64,000 nucleotides of DNA from Vermamoeba vermiformis (taxonomy: Eukaryota), in the NCBI GenBank assembly GCA_045837725.1, contig JBEWZL010000304.1, positions 1 through 64,000 on the forward strand, read 5' to 3'. Each line of letters starts with the position of its first letter. The first letter of the stretch is position 1. This document shows positions 11,842 to 22,313 of this stretch, in pieces. The position numbers and the translations under genes are program-made. The notes beneath the pieces were generated by a model. The model ran no database searches. It was not told the origin of the DNA and saw only the letters and a list, made by a program, of their open reading frames with translations.

Positions 11842-14800
11842 TTAAGTATTGCAGCCGTTGGCGTAGACATCAAAGATGCGAGAACCACCGTCGCTGGCTG
11901 CAGGACCAAAACTATATTCGATGTAACGGACAGGGATAGGGTAGACCATGGAACGGTCGTTCAAAGCGTCGTAGATGTCGGTTTGACCGTCTTGCGTACC
12001 CCAAGTGAACCATTCGCTGTAATTGGCACCATCAGTAGAGACACGAGCGCGAGCGAAGTCCCAAACACCACGAGGTTGCTCGCTGGTGGAGATGTGAACA
12101 CCAATCGAAGAAATGTAGCGAATTTGGCCGAGATCAATGATGACCTTTTGGTCCTGATCTCCGTCGCCAAAAATGAATCCTTGCTCACCGTCGCCCCAAA
12201 CGTACTGAAAAACCTGTTAGAAACTGTGCCAATCTAGAGCCGAATGTTGTACTTACGTTAGGGGTTCGGATCAAGTTGAGAACGGCATCATAAGGAGCGC
12301 CGGCGAGGATAGAAGAGTAAGAAACTACTCTAGCACCATAGCCGTCAACAGCGTAGTTGGTACGAGTGTAGCAGCTAGTTCCAACAACCCAATTCTTGGC
12401 CATGTAGTCAAGGATGGCGGTATGCATGTCGCTACGACGGATAGGATCGGTAATTAGCTCAGAGATTTCCTTGAGCTCGTAGTCAATCATGACGGGGTTG
12501 TCGGTGATAGTGTTGGCCCATTGATCAGCTTGCTCGATTTCAAAGAGTTCTATTCCCAGTATTAGCACAATCCAATGACACTAAGGTTAAAATCTTACCA
12601 GGAGTACCACCAATGAACTTGATCTCCTTGTTTGAGTTCGCCTTGAAAGTAATGTCAAGCTTGCTTTCGTAGTCCGCCTTGGCGAAGGTCAACGAGAGCG
12701 AGATCAAGAAACCGAAGGTGAAGCCAGTTTGCTTCTGCACGAATGTTTGGGTGTTGTCGAGTAACACGGAAGTATCAATATCGAGAGTCATGGATATTCT
12801 ACCGCCAAAAACACCACGAGAAATAAAGTGCGTGCCAAAGTAAGTGAACACTTGTTCGTAAGCGGGACGGGTGTTGGGGCTGTAAGGAGGCAAGCTGTTC
12901 AAGAAATCAGCGGCAAACGAAGAGAGTTGGAAAGTTCCAGGCATGACACGAGCTAAACGAGAAATTAGATAAAGCACTTAAGTGTAAAAGAACGTACTGT
13001 TGAAGAATCTGTAGAAGCGATCGTGATTGACGAAGCGGCTAGTGGTTTTGCTGAGACGTTGCTTGACAGTCATAGTGGTCTTGCTGCTGCCAAAGAAGCC
13101 GATGGACCATCCCTTCTTCTTCTTCGTCATTTCCAAGTATTGGAAGACGTTCTCGGCATAACGACTCTCTTCAGTAACGTCAATGGAAGGATTGGCAGAG
13201 ACGAAAAGCTCATCAGGAACATCCCATGAGTCACCATTGTACGGGTTTTGGAATTTGCGGCCTCTGGTGTAGCGGAACTCAAACAAGGGCAAGCGGAACT
13301 CCTCGCTCACTAAAGGGTGTTAGTAAACGTACGACTCGTAGCCACAGTGGCACTTACAGCCATCAAAACCGGATTCCAAGAAGGAAACCAAAGGATTGGC
13401 TCCTTGAACAGCACGGGTACGAGGCATGGTGAAAGGAACTTGGACAATCTTCTCACCAAGGGAGACCAAACGATCTTCCATAACTACGTAGACGGACTGA
13501 AAGATGTTAGAATAACTCTTTCGAAAGGAGATTGCAAATGACTTACGATATGGTGAACATAGCCAGTCAAATTGAAAGGAATATTGAAGCCGTGATTTCC
13601 AGACAAGCCCAACATTTGGTTAACTTCAGGACGAGAAATATCGGTAGCAACACGAATGTACTCGACACCGTCAACGTGCACGGAGACCATGGCGGCCTCG
13701 GTAGGTCTTTCGATGTTCAAGGCCCAACCGACAACACCAGAAGCGGAGATTTGTTCCAACTAGAAATGGATGTAAGGCACAGCCAATATTATGTAATCAC
13801 CCTTACCTGACCGCGAGGGTACTTGTTCGAGATTTCGAAAGAGCCCATCAAAGGTCTTCTGCGCCCGTTAATGGTAGAAACGGCGGTAACGGTGTGAGTA
13901 CCATAAGCAGTGACGTTCAACGGAATACGGAAAGCGTGAGCTCCGGTGATGTTGTGAACACGGTTGACTACAGGACTGGCTAGGTTAGCAAGGCCAGAGG
14001 CGTACAATTGACCATTGACGAGAACGTCGATGGGAACGTCGTAGTTTATGTTGTTGCGATCGTAAGCCCAACCCTCGGCGCTGAAGAGAGTTAGTAATTT
14101 GTGATTGCACCACCTTGAATACTTACAATTGAGTAGTGACACCAGTGAGGCGACCAGGAGGAGCGAAGACACAGACACGACGTCTATCGCTCTCAGTCCA
14201 AGCCTTGTTGAAACCAATGAAACGGGCACGCACCCAATAGCAACCTTCTTGGTCGTCTCTAAAATTCAATGGGACAACAAAGCCGTGACGACCAGTGCTT
14301 TGAATGCGCTCATTCAACTCAGGTCTAGCAGAACAAATGAATAACATTAACTCTAAATTAGATTATTTGTAGTCTAATTACCTTTCAATGGTTGTAGTTC
14401 CTTGGCCAACCATCAACTTGCCAGCGTAGATTTGAACGGTGACAGGGCGATCGAAATCCAAAAGGTTGATTGCCCAGCCTCTGACTTGAGTCTCCGAGGC
14501 ACGCTCCATGAAGCCAACTGATTGATCCAAATCGGCTTCAGGACCGTTGGCAAAGATGGAGAAGATCTTTGAACCAGCACCGGAGACCGAGTTAGATCCG
14601 GCAGCACCAAAGTTGGCGCGAACATAACGAGCTGCGCGAGGCTTGTCCATGTTAAGAGCGTTCAAACGTTGGGCTAAATGATGTTAATATCAATCGTGCA
14701 GGGTCTTTTAATACTTACTGATGTTAGTAACATTGTCACCTCGCACACCAACGCGGCCCCAAAGCTCCCAGTTGACGTTGTCCAATGACGTGTAGAACTC

Positions 14801-17074
14801 GATGGCATCCCAAACAGCGCCGTCTTCACCAGGTAAAGCAACTCTGGCGCCAACGGAAGTCAAGTAACGGCGTTCGGCCAAATCAATGACAACATGTTGG
14901 TCATCGTCCTGTTCGGTATTAGTAAGGAACGACTGACCTTAAGACTTACATTAGCAGCAAACATGAAGTAGGTGTCGGGGTGGGCGGGTTGAATCAACTC
15001 AGCCTCGTCACGTCGTTCTTCGCAAACAATCTTCTTGTAGTAGACATACGTAGTAACTTCGCGGCAGACTTTAGCAACAGAGCTCGATGAAATAACAGCA
15101 GCACCGCGGTTGACATCAGCGAAGTTGACGGCATAAGCTGACAAGTTGAAGGAAGCCAAGAGATCGGAATTTGGCAAAATAATGTGATCAGGTACATCAC
15201 GGACTAAATAATCGTCAGTACTCTACTCAGTAATAAGATGACAAACTTACATCTTTCTTCGATGGCTCTCTTCAAGCAAGGTTGTCTAGCACGAATCATA
15301 GCGGCTTCAACGTCGCGCTTTTCGAACTCTTCCAAACCTCTCTTCAGGTATTCACCGCAGTCATCACGAGGGCGTGGGTAGACTCTACGACGAATTTCTT
15401 CGGCGTACTCAAACATAGCCTTCTCGACGTCAGCCTTGAGCACCAAGTCTTCAATGAAATCAGTCATTGGTGTTACTCTAATATGAACTTTTAGCACATA
15501 ATGACATTTTACTAAGGCCACTTACCTCAACGTAACCATGACGGGGTTCGAAGTGATGGTTCCCTTCCATTGTTGCCAATCGGAAGGAGCAAGACCTTCA
15601 GTGCGACCTCCTTCGTATGTGAATCGCTCCATGGAGTTGCTAGGCACGAAGTTGGGGTCAAGGTAGCTTTCGTAGAGAGCTTTTTGACCAGGGTCAGTTG
15701 CGGTCATCCAGTTCCACCAGTATCTACACCGGAGTTAGTTTAAGATCCATCAACCCAACTGAACTGCTTACTGAAGTTGTTGAGTGATCCAGTCAGGATT
15801 ACGAGCACCCATAGTGCTCATAGACAACAAGGATTCGTGCTTCATGCTACCACCGAACAAGGCGCCGATAACTACGTGAGTACCGTAAGTTTGGAAGAAG
15901 TTCTTGTAGATGGGAAGGGTCTAAATGAATGCGTTAGAGACTTTTCCTTAGAGTGAAGATGTGAACTTACGCTGTCGTCAAAGCGAGGCAAAGCAGCAAG
16001 TTCTAAGGAGTTAGATTAGTATTTGGAGCGTTGAAACTTAAACAAACTTACCGTCCTTCACTTGTTGGCTGATGGTGAGGTACTTGGGAGGCAACATGTT
16101 CATGGTGTAGTAAGTGTAAGTACGCTCGACGGTAGTCCATTGAGAAGCGCTCGTGGACATGTAGCCGTTGATGCGCATTGTGTTGAAATTCTTTGAGAAG
16201 ACACCTAACAAGCAGATGAATACCAGTCGGTAGACACTATTGTGTTAATTACGCACCATTGCTCCAAATGCTGACAGAGATACCAATCTTGCTGGCTTTA
16301 GCCTTTTGGTATTCGTAGATAGAGGCGAATGATTGAACATCCTCACTCATTGTTGCGGATGGAGAGTTCAAGATGAAAACCTCATCAGCGACAGCGTAGG
16401 TCTGTCTGTCATAGGGGCTGGTGTATGTACGACCATTCTACGGGACAAGTTACGAGGTTAATATCTCCCGTGATGAGGTTTGAGTTGGGTACTCACCTTG
16501 TTGTTCAACACGACCACCGGAGCTCGGTTCTCACCGTAGACCCAATCATAGCCAGAGCCCATGAGTTGGATACCTAAGGAGTATCATTTGTGTTACTACG
16601 GGTAAAACAGGATCAAACCCGAGTCACGATTGCAATTCCATCTAGTTTCTATAAGGTCATAGTTACCTGGTACCCATGAGTACTGCTCAACAGCATCAGT
16701 AGATCGCTTTTCAGCATCAAAGTTAATCTGTGTGTTGCCGTGGTTGTATTCCCCTGTCGCAGCCCTACGGACGGATGTCAATTAACGTAAATAAAATTTA
16801 TGCTTTTGAGTATTTATTTACTTACTTGCGTTCGTTATCCTTAAGTATTCTGTCTATTTCGGCTTGCTTTTGAGTCGCAAACTCGGCATCCAAGCGCTCC
16901 CAAATATTGACTTGACCAAAAACTCCCTAAATAATTGAGCTGAATAAGTTGCGAAACACGGCGAGTAATAAATTAAAGAAGGACAATTAATAAAAATTAA
17001 CCAATGGAATTACATACGTTTGGCGTCAGAATAACGAGCAAAGCCCAGAGCACAAGGATCCGCTTGAACTGCAT
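11842..17074 (-). CDS. Secreted protein with two MACPF (perforin-like) domains, two discoidin/F5-8-like domains and three GWA beta-repeats (multi-exon)
   Basis: Continuous spliced frame from MQFKRILVLWALLVILTPNGVFGQ to ...DVYANGCNT*. MACPF signatures YKNFFQTYGTHVVIGALFGG and YEQVFTYFGTHFISRGVFGG. Discoidin-like motifs QHVVIDLAERRY...SLDNVNWE...AARYVR and QKVIIDLGQIRY...STDGANYS...PVRYIE. Confidence 0.88.
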
Positions 17075-17365
17075 TTTCGATGCAACCGATGTGATGTGCT
17101 GTTGCAATGTAAATTCAATTTGATTTAAATTTACTCGGCAGAAAATAGAAAAAACTGTGCGTGACAGACTCTTGTCCACCCATCACCGTCAATCTCGCAG
17201 GTTGACAGCGCAAAAATTAAAAATTAAATCACAAGGGACTGGCTCATCCTCCAATCAAATCACGAGAAAGTCTGGGTAACGTGTTTGACGTACGTCATTC
17301 GCTCGTCTGCAGTTTTGTTGTTTGAGAATTTTTGTTCTTTTAAGCTCTCTTATTTATCCACAACA
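17075..17365. promoter_or_regulatory. Putative bidirectional promoter between the two MACPF genes
   Basis: Only 291 bp separate the divergent ATGs. Contains a perfect 12-bp palindrome TGACGTACGTCA (17286-17297) and CCAAT near 17251. Confidence 0.5.
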
Positions 17366-19041
17366 ATGGCTCTTGGTAACTCGGTTATATTCGTAGCCGT
17401 TTTGCTCTGCGCGAGTTGTTTCGCGCAATTCGATGATAACCCTTCTGGTTCTCGTCGCTTGCCTGGTAAGCCATTAAAGTCAAGGATGCGACGGAAATGA
17501 GATTAATCGCTAACGAACTGTCAATTTCGGATTTGAATAGTTTTTTTAAACGTAATTAATAGTCGTTAGGAGTTAATAATGTAAGCACAAAATATGACAT
17601 TAACTATTCGCTTAATTAGGTTCTGATTTAATTGGTGTCGGATTTGACATCCAAACTGCCGATGTAATGCTTCCCGTAGTCGACTTGACTTGGAGAGGCA
17701 GAGAATTTGATAGTCCTTACGACGGAAAAACTTACGAGATTCCTTATGAGGTCGATACTATCTCTACACCAGATCTCTTCCGTTCCAACTCGTCTGAGGT
17801 CAGTTCCAGCAATTTATACCTTAATTAGATCGTGCAATTGATCAACACTCGCGTGCAGGTTTATACGACAGTGGAGCAGTTCACTACTAGCCGAGCTAGA
17901 GCCACTGGCGTCAGTCTCAGCTTGGGCAACATGTTCGCCTTTACTGCCACCAAGGAGACTCAACAAATTCGGTAAGCATCACTGCTGTTTAAGTAAATCG
18001 TTAATTCGAGCTTGAGAGTCCATTTAACGAGGAGATTCGATCTTCCAAAATCGAAATTATTGCGAAACAATGATCTTGCCGCGCCTTATTGCGCTAATAA
18101 TTGCTTTATATTTTTCACCTATTTTCTTAAATTCTTTTGATGCGACTTACTCGAATCTGACGCGATCTTTTTGTAGCCAAACCCTGGATCAGAAAACGCA
18201 CCGCTTTGGTGTCGTCGAGCAGTCTCACATTTTCTTCCGTCTTCTCTTGAGTCCTCCTTTTGCTTTGAGTTTGAGCTACGACGCGAATGAATTTTTGAAG
18301 AGTTTGCCTCCCTACAGCCAAGCCACCCGCGATCAATGGAACGACTTTTTCAGCTTCTTTGGTACTCACTACGTACGAGCTGTTGACCTCGGCGGTCGTG
18401 CTCGCATGGATATCTTGCACGATATCAAGCGCTGGATGAAGAACGACACGGACTACGTCAAGACTCAATTTGGCATCAAGTTCAGGTACGAGTAATGATA
18501 AATAAGTGTTTAAATGACTAATTGTTCACAGTCTCGGCACAACTCCCGCCATTGATTTCCCTTGGACTGAAGGTCCTGCTAACGACCCCACGGCCGGAAT
18601 TCCTATCGGTGTACCAATCCCAACGAGTACGTCCATTAACATGTGCACGCTGTCTTTAACCTGTTCTGTTCAGCTGTTCGAGGACAAGGTGGCAAGAAGC
18701 GAGACTTGCAACTTCAACCCAATCTCAAGGCCAGATCCCAGTTGGCTAAGGAGAAGCGCGGCTTGCCCATCTCTTTCACCTTCTATCAAGTTCGCGAAGA
18801 GTTGAAGAACCGCTTGGAAATTGATCTCTTGGAGAATGTCAAGAATACTATCAAATTGCAGGGAGGCAAGCCTACTCAGTACGCTCCTGAGATGTGGCGC
18901 GATTGGGTGCTCACCGTCCCTGCCAACCCAACCATGATTGAGTACCAATTGGCGCCTATCTCTGACCTCGTCAAGGACCCCAACCTCCAAGCGCAAATGG
19001 CTTCCGCGATTGCTGACAAGTTGAGCACTCCTCGCCAGTAA
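17366..19041 (+). CDS. Secreted single-domain MACPF protein (multi-exon)
   Basis: Signal peptide MALGNSVIFVAVLLCASCFA. N-terminal LPGSDLIGVGFD motif. Signature WNDFFSFFGTHYVRAVDLGG. C-terminal GG...WRDWVLTVPANPTMIEYQLAPISDLV. Confidence 0.9.
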
Positions 19042-19189
19042 TTTGTACTCTTAATAATAAAGGTATTCTACCTATTTTGTCATATCAGGGCAAAAGGAGG
19101 AGATAGCCCTGCTCAAGAAAAACACGTTTGAACTCTGCTAGCCCGCGCTGGAGTTTGCGAGCCAGAAGAGGCCAAAAGCAAAAAAAGAA

Positions 19190-19260
19190 TGCACTCACCG
19201 GGAATCGAACCCGGGTCGCCCGCGTGGCAGGCGGACATCATGCCCCTAGACCATGAGTGC
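19190..19260 (-). tRNA. trnG-GCC: tRNA-Gly(GCC)
   Basis: 71-nt cloverleaf with GCACTCA/TGAGTGC acceptor stem, anticodon loop CTGCCAC and T-arm GGTTCGATTCC, followed by a T-run (Pol III terminator). Confidence 0.95.
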
Positions 19261-19390
19261 CTTGTTGATTTTGTTCGGCGAGATTTTTCGAGTCACACCA
19301 CTTTGTATGACCAGCATTAGTTTTCGTCTCTTTTTTGTTGCCATACTGTTTTGCTCCTTTTGACATAAGCATCATGTTGGAAGTGTAAGA

Positions 19391-20570
19391 ATGAATAAGG
19401 AAATACCCGAGGATTCTTCTGAATGGAAGACTCTGCACGTTGGTCCGTAAGTGTTGCGTGATCTGCTTTCCTAATTAATCAACAAGCGTTATTTTAATTT
19501 TTAAAATTTACAGAAACGCTATAATAACGGGCAGTGAAGCCGGTGTGGCGATTGGTATCAGCAAGTTAGTAAAAATATTTTGACTGGAAAATAATTACTA
19601 ATTTAAAAATTTAGATACATTATCCCAAGGTCGCTTTGGGAGGTTAAGACAGGCCGTGTTGAGGTATTAATGATCGAGTAAATTTAATTCGAATCCTTCT
19701 AATTGGAAGTCTAGCGTGTCGATCTGACAGAACTCGAAAATGCGAGTGGCAAGAGTGTAAAATTTGGCAAGCAACTAGAACCTCAATTACGCAAAATATA
19801 CGAGGTAAGCTTTATGTATGAGCTTCCCTATCTGACAGATTAAGTAGCACATAACTGGTCATGTCGTTAAACCAAGCGGCTTTGTTTTCCACCCAGAGAA
19901 CGAGCAAGTGGGTGCTACACCGGATGGTATCGTGGAACACGATCAAGAACTGCAAGAGAGAATTGTCATTGAAATAAAGTGCCCGTACTTTCGTGACTAC
20001 GACTACGTTCCTCCCGAGTACATGGCACAGATTCAAATGCAAATGGAGGTGACAGATAGTAAGGCGTGCGACTTCATATGTTACTTCCACAAGACTAGGA
20101 CGGTGAAGATTTGGCGAGTCTTTCGGTCAAAAGTCTACTGGCGTTGGATGAGCGACCTTATTAATAAATTCGTGAATTCGGTCAAACAGGTAGGTTAGGT
20201 TATGTTTCAATCGTTGTGTGAACACGCTAATAATCATTACCGTTAGGATGTTCCACCCACTAAAGATGACATTCCGCTTATTGGGCACGAAGCAGAACAA
20301 CTAGCAGCCAACGATTACAATTTCAGCACTTTAAACACAAAATTACCGAGGAGGATATTTCCGCCAAAGTGTTTTTATCAGCTGTACTATAGAGAAGGAG
20401 ATTATTCTTTGGACAAGGTTTTGGCCTTTGAGAAAGATTTCACGGTCGACGAGTCAACAGAATCCAGCCAAGTAACCAGCAAATACTTCGAGTTAATTTT
20501 ATTTTCGTTGTTTTTGCTGTTACTCTTCATTGTGGTGCTGTCTTACCCATCGTCAGTATCGTACTATTGA
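19391..20570 (+). CDS. YqaJ-like (lambda-exonuclease family) nuclease with C-terminal hydrophobic tail (multi-exon)
   Basis: Motifs SSEW...IITGSEAGVAIG, FGKQLEP, GATPDG, IEIKCP, YMAQIQMQM, CDF. The last exon ends LILFSLFLLLLFIVVLSYPSSVSYY*. Confidence 0.85.
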
Positions 20571-20647
20571 CGCGATCTCCAAAAAAACGTGTAAACCTGT
20601 AAATAAAGCATGCGACACAAATACTAAATATGGGATATATATTACAT

Positions 20648-21867
20648 CTAATTGGTACACGGGTCACTCCTAAGAGGTCCTCCAAAAACAATATCTGGCT
20701 GGGTAACCTTGTCGAAAAGTAAGTAATCGTCAGGTAATGCATGTCACGCCAACTTACCATGTTGCCTGTACAGAAGTGCTTATTGCCACCGAGCACCTGT
20801 AATCGAGCGTTGAAGTGATCTGCTATTAGAGAGTCCACGAAAAATCGCATCGGATTGACGGCCTTGCCGGGGCTTACAGGATGCGCTGTATGATCCCAAT
20901 TATTCTTTAAGCTATCAGGGACTGGTCTGCAAACAATGGTGTCAACTCATACGCGTTAACCACATAAATATCGACGGCGGACGTACCTAATTTCAAGGTG
21001 CATGTGAGAAGTCCCTGACAGGCCAGACTCGCCTATTACGTGACTTTCCTGTATCTCTTGGCCTTTAAACACGGTCTCCCCGGAGAGATGGCCGTACATC
21101 ACGTACCAATCCCCACAACGAACAATCACACTTGTGCATGAAAGGTTAAACACGTGCTTACAGATCCATTGTTCGCTTACCTGCGCGGTCCTGCACCAAA
21201 AGGGGAGTTCATACCCGCGTGTACTACGAGGCCAGTGCATAGAGAATGGACTCGCGTGCCAGATGCTACGCTCCAATCAACTCCAGAATGCATGCCCTGT
21301 TGAGTTGACAGCTTAGCCAATCTAGACCAGGTCGGAAAATTCGTTTTGCATTTACGGTGGGCAGGAGAGTTTGACATTATAATCAGTTGTTACTTACTTG
21401 TGTAGCTCCATAAAAAACGCCTTGATTCAGTCGGGCGGACGCTGTATCGCCATAAAATTGAGCGATCGGGAAGCTGGTATTAAAAGGTAATCTGCCGAAT
21501 ATTTTAGCTCCGTTTGTGACTTCTATGGGTTGCGAGCCTCCACAGTGCTTTAAATAATCTGCTGCCGCCCAGCCTGATTGACCGTTGTATCTTATTTTAA
21601 AATTATTAAATGTCAGCCGATTAATAACTATAAAATATCAATTTCCATTGCATTCCTCAATATTTACCTAATATTTCTCCACATTAATCCGTCAAGCCAT
21701 CTGCTTGAGCCAAGATCCTCCACGTATTTTCCATCTGGAATGCACGCTATAATTTGGCCAAGTCCTGAGGCTGTTGCTCGAAGCCGCAAGCATCCATAAC
21801 CCAAGTCCACACAAAACTGCGCGGTACACGCAGTAAAGAGGCACACGAAAAGGGCTGTTGCCTTCAT
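20648..21867 (-). CDS. Secreted M23 family zinc endopeptidase with N-terminal SH3b-like domain (multi-exon)
   Basis: Signal peptide MKATALFVCLFTACTA. SH3b-like LRLRATAS...WRNIRYNGQSGWAAADYL. M23 motifs HSGVD, YGHLS, SHMHLEIR, AVNPMRF. Confidence 0.88.
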
Positions 21868-22313
21868 GGCTCGATCAGAAAATTTTACCGGTGCGCGATC
21901 AGAAAAATCTGTTTTTGGATTGACCACGCAAATTTACTCGCCCAACAACACCACAGCATATTCCGGACATATTGGTGTCTACCAGTTGATTGAGCCTCAA
22001 CAATTAGCCTGAAGAACCACAATTCAATTTTTTAATATAAGTAAGACTAACCTACAAACTGCATATTAAATACAGACAATGCTCTTAAAATTTTACTTGA
22101 TAAAAAGGGGTCCTGATTTAATTCAGGCATTTCAAATCAATTACTTTTATCGGATCCAATAGAAAATCATTTCGATTCTTACTGATTAATTCCTTTATAA
22201 TTCTTATTTTGATTTACTCATTTAATTAACGAAGGCATAATATTTATCGTCAAAATCTCGCATTTCTATTCCACAGATCGCACGCATCTATTAATACGTT
22301 TGTTTTCCGCAGC

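Noticed and set aside
17466-17619. Possible microexons in the long first intron of the single MACPF gene
   Set aside because: The candidate internal exons break the frame or add stops, while direct splicing gives the conserved LPGSDLIG motif.
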